From NCBI GenBank assembly GCA_963711105.1, contig CAVQCV010000005.1, positions 262,415 to 326,414 on the forward strand: a stretch of 64,000 bases of DNA, read 5' to 3'. This DNA comes from an uncultured Chloroflexia bacterium (GTDB lineage: Bacteria > Chloroflexota > Limnocylindria > Limnocylindrales > CSP1-4). Shown here in pieces: positions 1 to 11,381 of this stretch. Under the pieces are notes generated by a model. It saw only the letters and a program-made list of their open reading frames with translations. It did no database searches and had not been told where the DNA came from. Each line of letters begins with the position of its first letter. The first letter of the stretch is position 1. Position numbers and translations under genes: made by a program.

Positions 1-1
1 G

Positions 2-676
2 CTCACCGCGATCGCAGTCGCCCTTCTCCTCTCAGCGCCGGTTTCGCGCTGGCTCCACGTGGCAGCCGTGCCGTTGCTCGTTGGTCTTGGCCTCGGCAAG
101 CTGGCGATGCTACTCGGCGGCGACGGCCAGGGCCACTTCTTCGATGGTTCCTGGGCCCTCGCCTTCACCGGGCCGGGTGAGTGGATGAGCCCGAACGCCG
201 ACGTGCCGGCTGTCGCGTCGCAGGTGTTCGAGGCCGCCCTCATCCTCTGGGCCGTAGTCGTGATCCTCGTTTTCCCCTTCGTCCTCCGTCTGCGGATGGG
301 GCAGCACGGACGACCGCATCTGGCGCCGCCGCTCCCGATCCTCATACTGACCGGCTATCGGCGCTTCATCACGGTCCTACTGCTCTGGGTCTCGGCCCGG
401 TTCGTGGCCGCCTTCACCTGGCGGGATGCGCAGGTCCTGGGCCCGTTCAATGCCGAGCAGCTGATCCTGATGGCTGTCTTCCTCGTCCTGCTGGCCGTCT
501 GCGTGGTGGCCTGGCGGTGGGAGGCTCGCGCCTCACAGGCGGCTGGTCGCAAGAAGCCGGGTCCGCCGCCGGGGGGATTGCCCGAACCGAGGTCCCTGCC
601 CGAACCGAGGTCCCTGCCCGAACCGAGGTCCCTACCGGAGCCCAGGTCGGGTCCGGGCCTGACCTCGCCCCGCTGA
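2..676 (+). CDS. Prolipoprotein diacylglyceryl transferase (Lgt)-like membrane protein, 5'-truncated
   Basis: Frame is open from base 2. Hydrophobic protein with 'GLGLGKLAMLLGGDGQG' (Lgt G-R/K-x-G..G-D-x-G-like), 'SQVFEA' and 'ARFVAAFTWRD' segments. Confidence 0.6.
   Translation, partial: LTAIAVALLLSAPVSRWLHVAAVPLLVGLGLGKLAMLLGGDGQGHFFDGSWALAFTGPGEWMSPNADVPAVASQVFEAALILWAVVVILVFPFVLRLRMGQHGRPHLAPPLPILILTGYRRFITVLLLWVSARFVAAFTWRDAQVLGPFNAEQLILMAVFLVLLAVCVVAWRWEARASQAAGRKKPGPPPGGLPEPRSLPEPRSLPEPRSLPEPRSGPGLTSPR
578..649 (+). repeat. 18-bp tandem repeat x4 encoding LPEPRS
   Basis: (c/t)tgcccgaaccgaggtcc three times plus one degenerate copy, in the C-terminal tail of the Lgt-like ORF. Confidence 0.95.
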
Positions 677-755
677 CGGCGGGCCCCGCGACCCGGCCCG
701 GCCGACCTTCCCGCCGCTCCGGAGTATGCTCGGCTCGTTCCATTCGGAGGCCCCC

Positions 756-1928
756 TTGTTCTTCGATCCGCCCGACGCGCAACGCCCGGTGAGCGGTCAC
801 GGCGCGTCCGCCGGCGGGGCCGGACGCCCGCCGGGCAGGCGCCCGGAACACTCCAGAACACCGCCCGTACTGGTGATACAGAAGCGCGGTCACACCGTCG
901 AGAGCCGCCACCGTGGATCGATCGTCCAGGTCGACGGGGAGGGCGTAACTCGCTGCACCATCGGCGACCCCGACGCGATCGTCGACCTGCGATCGGCGGT
1001 CAAGCCTTTCGGGCTCGTCGCGCTCGTGGAGGCTGGTGGAATCGAGGAGTTCAACCTGTCCGAGTCGGAACTGGCGGTCATGGCCGGCTCCCACTCCGGC
1101 GAGGACGCGCACGTCCGGACGATCCAGGCCGTTCTTCGCCGAGCCGGCATCCCGCAGCACTTGCTCGGCTGTGGCACGGACGGTGCTCCGCTCGACACGA
1201 CCACCGCCGCCCGTCTGGCCCGAGACGGCGAGAAGCCCGGCCAGATCCGCCACATGTGCTCCGGCCAGCACTCGTCGTTGTTGCTGCTGTGCAAGATCAA
1301 GGGCTGGCCGCCGGAGGAGTACTGGGCGCCGGACCACCCCCTCCAGCACCTGTACTCGGAGACGGTCGCTCGCGTCTTCCAGACCAGCTCGGCCCTGCTC
1401 ACGACAGCCACAGACTCGTGCGGTGTGCCGACGTACGCGTTTCCGCTGGTCGAGGTCGCGCGGGCGTTTGCCCTGCTGGCCGATCCGTCGGCCGTTCACC
1501 CGCCAGACTCGCGGGCCGACTTGGCCCCGGCCCTCACCCTTATCCGGGACGCCATCCTCGCCGCCCCCGAGATGATCGCCGGCAACAACAATCGGCTCGA
1601 CACCGCTGTCATGAAGGCCGCCCGGGGCCGCCTGGTCGCCAAAGGCGGCGCCGAGGGCCTGCGTGCCTACGCCATCCTCCCGGGCGCGGTTCGCCCCGGT
1701 TCAACGGCCTCGGGAGTGGTTGTGAAGATCGAGGACGGTGGCGGCTTCGATCGGGCCGCCAACGCCGCCTCTGTGGAGGCACTGCGCCAGCTCGGCGTCC
1801 TGGACGAACCGGCTCTGGCGGCGCTGTCGGCCTACCGGCAGCCCGTCGGCGTGGACCCGCGTGGCAATGCCGTGGCTCGGGCCGTAGCCGAGTTCACCAT
1901 GGCGCCGGTGGGCGAGCTGTTGGGCTGA
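756..1928 (+). CDS. Class 3 (Rhizobium-type, asparaginase II family) L-asparaginase-like protein
   Basis: Motifs RG..VES.HRG, RSAVKP, SHSGE..H, CSG(Q)H, DSCG.P and AKGGAEG. TTG at 756 follows GGAGG; the ORF is open from 726. Confidence 0.85.
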   Translation: MFFDPPDAQRPVSGHGASAGGAGRPPGRRPEHSRTPPVLVIQKRGHTVESRHRGSIVQVDGEGVTRCTIGDPDAIVDLRSAVKPFGLVALVEAGGIEEFNLSESELAVMAGSHSGEDAHVRTIQAVLRRAGIPQHLLGCGTDGAPLDTTTAARLARDGEKPGQIRHMCSGQHSSLLLLCKIKGWPPEEYWAPDHPLQHLYSETVARVFQTSSALLTTATDSCGVPTYAFPLVEVARAFALLADPSAVHPPDSRADLAPALTLIRDAILAAPEMIAGNNNRLDTAVMKAARGRLVAKGGAEGLRAYAILPGAVRPGSTASGVVVKIEDGGGFDRAANAASVEALRQLGVLDEPALAALSAYRQPVGVDPRGNAVARAVAEFTMAPVGELLG

Positions 1929-2018
1929 GCCTGGCTTTCCGGCAGGGCGCCCACGCGGCGCTGTGCGTGTCCCGACCGACCCGGCGCGGTCGGCGTGGTC
2001 GGCCCCTACACTTAGGCC

Positions 2019-3524
2019 ATGACCGACGTTCGAGTCCGAATCGCGCCCAGCCCCACCGGCCCGCTGCACCTCGGCACGGCCAGGACGGCCCTCTTCAACT
2101 TCCTGTTCGCCCGCCACATGGGCGGTACGTTCATCTTCCGGCTCGAGGATACGGACCAGGCCCGTTCCACGACCGAGTTCGAGCGCGACATCATCGACGG
2201 CATTCACTGGCTCGGGATGGAGTGGGACGAGGGGCCCGGGGTAGGGGACCAGCCGGAGCGCGGCGCCTACGGCCCGTACCGCCAGATGGCGCGCCTGCCG
2301 CGCTATGCGGAGGCGGCTGATCGGCTCCTGGCCGAGGATCGGGCCTACTACTGCTACTGCGCCCCGGCTGAGCTGGAGGCGGAGCGCAAGCGCCAGGAGG
2401 CCGCCCGGGAGACGGCCCGCTACAACGGCCGCTGCGCCCACCTGACCGCCGCTCAGCGGGCCGCCTTCGAGGCCGAGGGGCGTCGGCCCGTGATCCGGTT
2501 CCGCATACCGCCGGAACGGACCGTCGAGTTCGACGACATCGTGCGCGGCCACGTCGCCATCGACACGAGCGCCCTGGGTGGCGATCTCGTGATCGTCCGC
2601 GCGGACGGGACGCCTCTCTACCACTTCACCGTGGCCGTGGACGACGCCGCGATGGCGATCACACACGTCATCCGAGGCGAGGACCACCTCAGCAACACCC
2701 CCAAGCACATCCTGCTGTTCGAGGCCCTCGGCGCGTCCGTGCCCCTCTTCGCCCATTTGCCGCTCATCCTGAACCCGGACCGGACCAAGATGAGCAAGCG
2801 CAAAAGCCAGACGGCGGTCGACGCGTACCGGGCCCAGGGATTCATCCCCGAAGCCTTCGTCAACTACCTGGCGTTGCTCGGGTGGTCCACAGGAACGGAG
2901 GAGGAAGTCCTCTCGCTGGGCGAGTTGATCGAGCGGTTCGACCTTTCGACGGTGAACAAGGCGGGAGCCATCTTCGACCGGGCGCGCCTGGAGTGGCTCA
3001 ACGGCCAGTGGATCCGCCGCCTGGACGCGTCGGACATCGTGGCCAGGCTGCGCCCGTTCGTGGAGCGCGAACTGGCGGAGGGCCGGATCGATAGGATGCC
3101 CGCGGACGGCGAGCTGGCTGCCCTCCTGCCCATCCTCCAGGAGCGCCTGCCCACCCTCGCCGCGGTGGGCGAGGTCACGGGGTTCTTGTTCGTAGATTCG
3201 ATCGACCCGGATCCTGCTCTGCTCGTTCCGAAGAGATGGGACGCCGCAGCCACGGCCGACGCCCTCACGGAAGCCCGCCGGACGATCGCCGGAACCGGCG
3301 GCGGGGCCTGGGAGGCCGAGGCGATCGAGGCACCGCTTCGCCGTCTGGTGGAGGAGCGCGGCTGGAAGGCCGGCGACCTGTTCATGGCCGTCCGCGTCGC
3401 GGTCACGGGCCGCGCGGCGACGCCGCCCCTATTCGCTACCATGGTGGCGCTCGGCAAGGAACGGACGCTGGACCGCCTGGACCGGGCGATCGAACGTTTG
3501 CGAGCCGAACGCGCTCCCGCCTGA
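2019..3524 (+). CDS. gltX: Glutamate--tRNA ligase
   Basis: RIAPSPTG, HLGT (HIGH), RGEDHLSN, KMSKR and a C-terminal anticodon domain. Confidence 0.97.
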   Translation: MTDVRVRIAPSPTGPLHLGTARTALFNFLFARHMGGTFIFRLEDTDQARSTTEFERDIIDGIHWLGMEWDEGPGVGDQPERGAYGPYRQMARLPRYAEAADRLLAEDRAYYCYCAPAELEAERKRQEAARETARYNGRCAHLTAAQRAAFEAEGRRPVIRFRIPPERTVEFDDIVRGHVAIDTSALGGDLVIVRADGTPLYHFTVAVDDAAMAITHVIRGEDHLSNTPKHILLFEALGASVPLFAHLPLILNPDRTKMSKRKSQTAVDAYRAQGFIPEAFVNYLALLGWSTGTEEEVLSLGELIERFDLSTVNKAGAIFDRARLEWLNGQWIRRLDASDIVARLRPFVERELAEGRIDRMPADGELAALLPILQERLPTLAAVGEVTGFLFVDSIDPDPALLVPKRWDAAATADALTEARRTIAGTGGGAWEAEAIEAPLRRLVEERGWKAGDLFMAVRVAVTGRAATPPLFATMVALGKERTLDRLDRAIERLRAERAPA

Positions 3525-3547
3525 AGATCGAACTCTCGGAGGTCTCG

Positions 3548-4246
3548 ATGCCCCGCACGATCCTGGTCGTCGACGACGAGAAGACGCTGCGCGAGACGCT
3601 GGCCGAGAGCCTCGAGGGAGAGGGATTCGCCGTCATCCAGGCCGCCGACGGCCGTGAAGCTGTAGACAAGTTCCGCCGCCACCATCCGGACCTCGTGCTG
3701 CTGGATCTGATGCTGCCCGAGATCTCGGGCACCGAAGTCTGCCGGTTGATTCGGGCCGAGTCGGGCGTGCCGATCCTGATGCTGACGGCCAAGATCGCCG
3801 AGGTGGACAAGGTCGTCGGGCTGGAGCTCGGCGCGGACGACTATGTCACCAAGCCGTTCAGCTTCCGCGAGCTGCTGGCTCGAATTCGGGCCTTGCTGCG
3901 GCGGTCGGAGGCGCAGGCGTCGGCGCCGGAGCCGGAGACCGTCGACCTGGGGCAGGTCAGGGTGGACCTGTCGGGCAGGCGGCTGATCCGCGGCGGCGAG
4001 GTCCTGCCCATCAAGCCCAAGGCATTCGAGCTGCTCGCCTTCCTGATCCGCAACGCCGGCCACGTCTTCACCCGCGACCAGCTCCTGGAGAAGGTCTGGG
4101 GCTACGACTATGCCGGCGAGAGCAGGACCGTGGACGTCCACATCCACTGGTTGCGAGCCCAGATAGAGGCCGATCCGGCCAATCCCGCGTACCTGGAGAC
4201 GGTCCGTGGCGTGGGCTACGTCTTGAGGCGACCGGAAGCGACCTGA
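3548..4246 (+). CDS. OmpR/PhoB-family response regulator (probable PhoB/PhoP)
   Basis: Receiver domain (VDDE, DLMLP, KPF) and winged helix (SRTVDVHI, ETVRGVGY). ATG follows GGAGG; lies next to the pst cluster. Confidence 0.9.
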   Translation: MPRTILVVDDEKTLRETLAESLEGEGFAVIQAADGREAVDKFRRHHPDLVLLDLMLPEISGTEVCRLIRAESGVPILMLTAKIAEVDKVVGLELGADDYVTKPFSFRELLARIRALLRRSEAQASAPEPETVDLGQVRVDLSGRRLIRGGEVLPIKPKAFELLAFLIRNAGHVFTRDQLLEKVWGYDYAGESRTVDVHIHWLRAQIEADPANPAYLETVRGVGYVLRRPEAT

Positions 4247-4304
4247 GGACCGGCTCTCAATCGGATTCGGCCGGACCGGAGGCCCATACGCGCGGGCGGA
4301 TTCG

Positions 4305-5450
<1,146 letters not shown>

Positions 5451-5643
5451 GCGGAATGTGCCTCGCCTCTGAATGATGGGGATCGATGGCTGCGATTGAG
5501 AGGCTAGCAGGTCGAGCGGTCGCCTGACTTCGCCCGTCCGCACATTGACAACACGGCACGACCGAGGGTCCAGGGCGGCACCCCGGCGCAAAGCCCCGCG
5601 CGGGGAGTCGCTTCCGTCTGGGCGCCCACAGCCTCCATCGGAA

Positions 5644-6392
5644 TCAGGGGTTCAGATCCTCGACCTCGCCGGTGGCGAGAAAGACCACGTCCTCGGCGAT
5701 GTTCGTCACCCGGTCCCCGATCCGCTCGAGGTAGTGGGCGGCGAACAGGATGCGCGTGCCGGGGTCGACCTTGGCAGGGTCCGTCCGCATCTCCGCCAGA
5801 ACGTCGTCGAAGATGCGGTGGTACAGCCTGTCGATTTCGTCGTCTCGAGCCGCGACGGCGCGGGCCCGCTTCTCGTCGATGTCCACGAGTGCCATCACGA
5901 CATCGCGTACCTGCTGGCCGGCCAGGTTCGCCATCGGAGTCAGCTCGGCGTAGGTGAGCATGGCCGTGTCGCCGGCCAGCTTGCGGGCCTGCTTGGCCAC
6001 GCCGCAGGCGTGGTCGCCGATTCGCTCCAGCTCGTAAGTGACGCGATCGAGAGCCAGCAGGAAGCGCAGGTCGCGCGCCACGGGAGCCTGAGTGGCGATG
6101 GTCATGGCAACCATGGCCGTGACCGCGCGTTGGATCTCGTTGACCCGTCCGTCGGAGGCGATCACCCTGGCCGCGAGGGCGGCATCCCGGTGAACGATGG
6201 CGTCGAGGGCCGCGAGGATCTGATCCTCGACGTGGCTGCCCATCCGGAGGACGCCGTCCTTGACGTCGAGCATTTCCGTGTCGAGGCTCTCTCGGATCCT
6301 GGGCACGTGGGTCTCAAGCCCTGGGGCCGATCGCTCGCCGTCCGCGGCCGGCACTGCGGGTCGAGGCGGCGCCGCGGGTCCGCTGCCGACAT
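5644..6392 (-). CDS. phoU: Phosphate signalling protein PhoU (copy 1); probable 1-nt frameshift near 6377, intact frame 5644-6354
   Basis: QAPVARDLR, ELERIGDH and LERIGDRVTNIAE. The RBS-preceded ATG at 6392 is out of frame by one base. Confidence 0.9.
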
Positions 6393-6448
6393 CGCCGCAC
6401 CCTCCTGGCTCGCATCCATCTTCGATTCCTCGCCCTGTGACTGGAGGC

Positions 6449-7330
6449 TCATCCGAACCTCCCGGAGATGTAGTCCTCGGTCAGCTTCTCGTTGGGTCGG
6501 GTGAAGATGCGCCCGGTCGGGCCTACTTCGACGAGGTATCCGGCGCGATCCTCGCCCATGGTGAAGAAGGCGGTCACGTCGCTCACGCGGGCCGCCTGCT
6601 GCATGTTGTGAGTCACGATCACGATCGTGTAGGCCTCGCGCAGTTCCCGCATGAGCTCCTCGATCCGGAGAGTGGACACCGGGTCCAGGGCCGAGGCAGG
6701 CTCGTCCATCAGGATCACCTCTGGATCGGTCGCCAGCACGCGGGCGATACAGAGTCGCTGCTGCTGGCCCCCCGAGAGGGCCAGGCCGGACTTGCGGCGC
6801 AGGTCGTCCTTGACTTCGTCCCAGAGAGCCGCGCGCCGCAGGCTGGTCTCGACCAGCTCGTCGAGCTGGCGGCGGTTCTTCTGACCGCGGCGGCGAGGAC
6901 CGTAGGCCACGTTCTCGTAGATAGACATCGGGAACGGGTTGGGTCGCTGGAAGACCATGCCCACCCGACGCCGCAGCTCAACGACGCTGACGTCCGGGTC
7001 GGTGATGCACTCCCCGTCGAGGGTCACGTTGCCTTCGACTGTGGCACCCGGGATCAGGTCGTTCATCCGATTGAAGCAGCGCAAGAAGGTGCTCTTGCCG
7101 CTGCCGGACGGCCCGATCAGGGCCAGGATGGAGCGGTCCAGCACGTCGAGCGTCACGTCCCGAACGGCGACCCTGCCGCTGTAGGCGATGTTGACGTGCT
7201 CCGTCGAGATCTTGACCTCGGCCTCCTGGGCCGTGGGTTCGGCGCCGAGCCGGGCGGCGACCTCGACTCGCCTCAACGCGGGCTCGGTGAAGGTTGGGGC
7301 GGTGGCTTGCATGTCGTCTCCAGTGTTCAT
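6449..7330 (-). CDS. pstB: Phosphate ABC transporter ATP-binding protein
   Basis: [27 protein letters not shown] and [14 protein letters not shown] overlap with pstA. Confidence 0.96.
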   Translation of the reverse strand: MNTGDDMQATAPTFTEPALRRVEVAARLGAEPTAQEAEVKISTEHVNIAYSGRVAVRDVTLDVLDRSILALIGPSGSGKSTFLRCFNRMNDLIPGATVEGNVTLDGECITDPDVSVVELRRRVGMVFQRPNPFPMSIYENVAYGPRRRGQKNRRQLDELVETSLRRAALWDEVKDDLRRKSGLALSGGQQQRLCIARVLATDPEVILMDEPASALDPVSTLRIEELMRELREAYTIVIVTHNMQQAARVSDVTAFFTMGEDRAGYLVEVGPTGRIFTRPNEKLTEDYISGRFG

Positions 7331-8328
7331 GCGGCAGTCAGTCGCTTGGTGAGCAGGCGGCCGAGGCCGCGCGCTCCGAGGTTGAAGATCAGAACCATGG
7401 CGATCAGGATCGCCGCCGATCCATCCACGATCTGGCGGACGTAGGAGCCCAGGCCCTCCGAGTTCAACTTCCAGATGTAGACGGAGAGGGTGGTCGCCGG
7501 CCGCAGGGGGCTCCAGGGTGAGGAGTGCCACCAGCCGGCGTTGAAGTCCAGGCCGAAACCGGAGAAGTTGGTGAAGTCGTAGTGAGCCGGCGTGCCGATG
7601 CCGGACGTGAACAGGAGGACCGCGGCTTCGCCGAAGACCCGGCCCGCCGTGAGGATCACGCCCGTGATCAGGCCCGGAATGGCCAGCGGCAATACTACGT
7701 GGCGGATGGTCTGCCACTTTGTGGCGCCCAGGGCCAGGCTGGCGCTACGTTCATCGCGTGGAACGGCCCGCAGCGCTTGCTCGGCAAGCCGGGTCATCAG
7801 CGGCAGGTTGAAGAAGGTGAGGGCGAGGGCGCCGCCGAGAGCCGTGAAGCCCCACCGGAAGGTATCCACGAAGACGATCAGGCCGAAGAGCCCGACGACG
7901 ATCGACGGCACGGAGCTGATGGCTTCCTGGGCGAAGCGGATGACGCCCGTGACCGAGCCCAGCCAGCCAGTCTCGCGGGCGTACTCGGACATGTAGATGC
8001 CGCCGAGGATGCCGAGTGGCACGGCGATCAGCATCGTGAGGGTGAGCATGTATATGGAGTTCCAGAGGACCGGGAAGACCCCGCCCAGATCCGCGTCGCT
8101 CGGGTCCGCCAGGACGAAGCTGGGCGAAACCACGGTCCATGCGGCGATGGCGAAGTGGAGGATGATGGCCCCGAGAAGCACGAGTACGAAGGCGCCCGTG
8201 CCCCACAGGACGGTGGTCGCGACCCGGTCGGCCAGGATCGAGCGAGACCGTCCCCGCAGGCTGGCGCGAGGGTCCGGTGCGGCGCGGCGAGAGCCGCCGC
8301 CCGAGGCAGATGCGGATGTGGCGGTCAT
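7327..8328 (-). CDS. pstA: Phosphate ABC transporter permease PstA
   Basis: [23 protein letters not shown] and RVFGEAA. ATGA overlap with pstC. Confidence 0.95.
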   Translation of the reverse strand: MTATSASASGGGSRRAAPDPRASLRGRSRSILADRVATTVLWGTGAFVLVLLGAIILHFAIAAWTVVSPSFVLADPSDADLGGVFPVLWNSIYMLTLTMLIAVPLGILGGIYMSEYARETGWLGSVTGVIRFAQEAISSVPSIVVGLFGLIVFVDTFRWGFTALGGALALTFFNLPLMTRLAEQALRAVPRDERSASLALGATKWQTIRHVVLPLAIPGLITGVILTAGRVFGEAAVLLFTSGIGTPAHYDFTNFSGFGLDFNAGWWHSSPWSPLRPATTLSVYIWKLNSEGLGSYVRQIVDGSAAILIAMVLIFNLGARGLGRLLTKRLTAA

Positions 8329-9308
8329 GCTGCTGCCATCCTTCTCTTGTTGATGACCCTTACCAGGATCACCGACAGCACCGAGATGACCAGCAGGACC
8401 AGGCTCATCGTCCACAGGGCGTCCTGCCACGGCTCCCCGAACACCGTGTTGCCCATGTCCAGAGTGATCTGCGAGGTCAGCGTCGTCACCGGCTGGGTGA
8501 TCGCGGCCGGCATGGTCGGCGAGTTGCCGATGACCATCTGAACCGCCAGTGCCTCGCCGGCGGCCCGGGTCATGCCCAGCACGACGGCGGTCAGCACGCC
8601 CGGCAAGGCGGCCGGCACCAGGATGTGGCGGATGGTCTGCCAGCGTGTGGTGCCCAGGGCGAGGGAGCCGGTCCTGAGCTCCTGGGGGATTGCCCGGAAG
8701 GCGTCGTAGGAGACGCTGGTGATGGTCGGCAGGATCATCACCGACAGGACCAGCGAGCCGGCCAGCCATGAGAAGCCGGTCAGGAAGCCCGGCATGCTGA
8801 AGACCTGGCCGAAGATGGGCAGATCGAGGGCGATCTTGCCGTGGAACGTATCGGCCAGGAACGGCACCAGGATCGTGATGCCGAGCCAACCCCAGACAAC
8901 GCTTGGGATGCCGACGAAGATCTCCAGCGCGGGCTGGACGATTGCACGGGCCCAGTGGGGCGCTACTTCGGACAGGAACAGTGCCAGCCCTACGGACAAG
9001 GGGGTCGAGATCGCCAGGGCCACTCCGGTTACGAAGACGGTGCCGGCAATGAACGGCAACAGACCGAACTGCGGCCCGTTGTCCGCCAGGGGGTTCCACG
9101 TCGAGCCCAGGATCGTGGCCAGCGATGCGCCGTCCTTGAGGAAGAGCTGCAGGCCCTGCCAGGCGATGAAGACGAGGAGAAGCGCGACCAGGAAGATCAT
9201 CGACGCGGCCGCTGAGAAGACGGCGATCTGCGGGATGTCGATTCTGCCTGCCGGCCCGACGCGAGTGCGCAGGCTCGTCACTGGGTCCGTTGCGGCTAGT
9301 TGGGCCAT
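8325..9308 (-). CDS. pstC: Phosphate ABC transporter permease PstC
   Basis: GIPSVVWG, SLALGTTRWQTI and RAAGEALAV. Confidence 0.95.
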   Translation of the reverse strand: MAQLAATDPVTSLRTRVGPAGRIDIPQIAVFSAAASMIFLVALLLVFIAWQGLQLFLKDGASLATILGSTWNPLADNGPQFGLLPFIAGTVFVTGVALAISTPLSVGLALFLSEVAPHWARAIVQPALEIFVGIPSVVWGWLGITILVPFLADTFHGKIALDLPIFGQVFSMPGFLTGFSWLAGSLVLSVMILPTITSVSYDAFRAIPQELRTGSLALGTTRWQTIRHILVPAALPGVLTAVVLGMTRAAGEALAVQMVIGNSPTMPAAITQPVTTLTSQITLDMGNTVFGEPWQDALWTMSLVLLVISVLSVILVRVINKRRMAAA

Positions 9309-9348
9309 CGGCGGCTCCTCGGCTCCAAAGGCTTCCGGAAATGGCAAG

Positions 9349-9386
9349 GCTCCGGACCCCGCTGGTTGGCGTGCGGGGTCCGGAGC
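9349..9386 (-). terminator. Stem-loop between pstS and pstC (mRNA-stabilising or partial terminator)
   Basis: Perfect 14-bp inverted repeat gctccggaccccgc / gcggggtccggagc with a 10-nt loop. Confidence 0.7.
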
Positions 9387-9398
9387 GTGGGAGTGAGG

Positions 9399-10301
9399 CT
9401 ACTTGACCGGAGCGTAAGAGAGGCTGGGGATGAGGTCCTTCTGGACGGCATCGCTCAGCATGTAGTCGAGGAAGGCCTTGGTCAGGCCGGTGGCCTCGCC
9501 GAGGGTGTACATGTGGCCGTCGGCCGAAAGCTTGTAGGTGCCGGCGGTCATGTTGGCGATGGTCGGGTCGACTCCGTCCAGCTGAAGCGCGTTCAGAAGT
9601 GATTTGTTGGCGGGATCGTTGTAGTAGGCGAAGCCGATGACGCTGACCGCGCCGTCGGTCTTGGTGACGGCCTGCGTCACCGCGCCGTTGGAGTCTTCAG
9701 TCAGGGTCTGGCCGCCGGTGGCCTCGGTCGCGCCGCCGAGGACGATCTTCTTGAAGGTGGCGCGGGTGCCGGACGACTGCGGACGGAAGACCAGGACGAT
9801 CGGCATGTCAGGTCCGCCGACTTCTTTCCAGTTCGTCGTCTTGCCTGTCCAGATGTCGACTTCCTGCTGCGTCGTGAGGTTCGTCACGTCCGTCACGTCC
9901 GGGTTGGTGACCACGACCCAGCCCTGCTTGGCGACGACGTGGTCGACGAGCGAGTCGGCCGGCTGCGGGGTGGCCAGCTTGCTCTGCGCGGTAACGTCCG
10001 AGTTGCCGATCTGAGCGCCGCCCGAGGCGACCTGGCTCAGGCCGGTACCGGAGCCGCCGCCGTTGACGACGATCGTAGCGCCGGAGCAGGCGGCCATGTA
10101 CTTCTTGGCCGCCGCGTCGACGAGTGGCTGGAGGGCCGTGGAGCCAGAGGCGGTGATGCTGCCACTCTGACAGTCGACCGCGGGGGCCGAGGCCGCGGCC
10201 GAAGCGGGAGTCGGACTCGGCGTGGCCGAGCTCGAGCAGGCCGCGACAACGACGGTGGCCGCGATGGCCAGAACGCTGAGTCGTCGGATTCCGTTGAGCA
10301 A
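9399..10301 (-). CDS. pstS: Phosphate-binding lipoprotein PstS
   Basis: Lipobox VAAC, GSTALQP, GGGSGTG and R...SGTR. Confidence 0.95.
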   Translation of the reverse strand: MLNGIRRLSVLAIAATVVVAACSSSATPSPTPASAAASAPAVDCQSGSITASGSTALQPLVDAAAKKYMAACSGATIVVNGGGSGTGLSQVASGGAQIGNSDVTAQSKLATPQPADSLVDHVVAKQGWVVVTNPDVTDVTNLTTQQEVDIWTGKTTNWKEVGGPDMPIVLVFRPQSSGTRATFKKIVLGGATEATGGQTLTEDSNGAVTQAVTKTDGAVSVIGFAYYNDPANKSLLNALQLDGVDPTIANMTAGTYKLSADGHMYTLGEATGLTKAFLDYMLSDAVQKDLIPSLSYAPVK

Positions 10302-10380
10302 CGCAGTGACTCCTCTACAACGCTGGGCATTAGTCCGAGGGGTTCAGCCTCCTCCCAGGTTTCGAGGAGATGGTCAAAGC

Positions 10381-10413
10381 CGGCGCTTAACGCGGTGTTG
10401 GCGGTTCGTTAAC
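10381..10413 (-). promoter_or_regulatory. Putative PHO box (three 11-bp direct repeats) upstream of pstS
   Basis: Minus strand reads gttaacgaacc / gccaacaccgc / gttaagcgccg. Confidence 0.65.
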
Positions 10414-10609
10414 GTTGGCCACCGGACGATCGTCGACAACGCCACCCGGCCTCCGATCGAGAGCGCCCTACCGGTGCCGTCGGGTCGAGGCGACGTCGAT
10501 GGCGCTGTCGAAACCGAGTTCGCGCGCACGCGGATGCACGGCCATGAGGATTGCGAACGTTCGGCCCGGCCGGGATCGCACCACCGGCTCGGGGGTCAGT
10601 CGACCCCGA

Positions 10610-11236
10610 TCAGGCGTGCTTGACGACGATCCTCTCGATCATGTCCGCGACGTCCTCGCACTTGTCGATGGTTTCCTCGAGCAGCGTGTAGACGTCCTTC
10701 CAGCGCAGAACGTCCATCGTCTTGGCGCCGTCGTCAAACAGGCTGGCGATGGCCGACCGGGCGAGCCGGTCGCCTTCGTTCTCGATGCGATGGATCTCGG
10801 CGATGTACTTGTCCAGGCCCTTGAAGCCGCGCAGGTGGGACAGGGCCTCGTGGATGGTCTCGCAGCCCTGGACCACGAGAGCCGCCTGCTTCACGGAGGT
10901 CTTGGTGGGCGACTCGATCCGGTACAGCACGAAGACGTCGGCGACCTGTTCGATGAGGTCCAGGATGTCGTCAAGGCCGCTGATCAGGGCATGGATCTCC
11001 TCGCGGTCGAAGGGCGTGACGAACGTGGCCTCCAGCCGGCGGCCGATGTCGATGCTGATCTCGTCGCCGCGGTGCTCCGTCTCACGGATCTTCTTGGCCA
11101 TCTTGTCCGGGTTCTCGAACGTCCGGAGCATGCTCTCGAGTTGTCGGGCGCCGTCCAGGACGTTCGCGGCATCCTGTACGAAGAGATCGAAGAAACGCTC
11201 TTCGCGCGGGATCAGTCGAAACGATGGCACCTGCAC
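10610..11236 (-). CDS. DUF47 (PhoU-like Pit accessory) protein
   Basis: PREERFFDLF, EHRGD, TFVTPFDREEI, IENEGD and LEETIDKCEDVAD. Confidence 0.92.
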   Translation of the reverse strand: MQVPSFRLIPREERFFDLFVQDAANVLDGARQLESMLRTFENPDKMAKKIRETEHRGDEISIDIGRRLEATFVTPFDREEIHALISGLDDILDLIEQVADVFVLYRIESPTKTSVKQAALVVQGCETIHEALSHLRGFKGLDKYIAEIHRIENEGDRLARSAIASLFDDGAKTMDVLRWKDVYTLLEETIDKCEDVADMIERIVVKHA

Positions 11237-11381
11237 CTCCGGGAATTCGATCCGAGCCGGCGAACGGCGGCCCCGACCAGAACAGACTCGTGTCTCGGAC
11301 TAGCGTAGCGGCACGTGACCGCGACCGCCAGCCAGATGAGTCCGAGCGGCCGGGCTTGCCCGAGTGTGCGATCCTCGGCGC

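Noticed and set aside
578-649. 18-bp repeat as a CRISPR or regulatory array
   Set aside because: No spacers; in-frame coding VNTR in a low-complexity tail.
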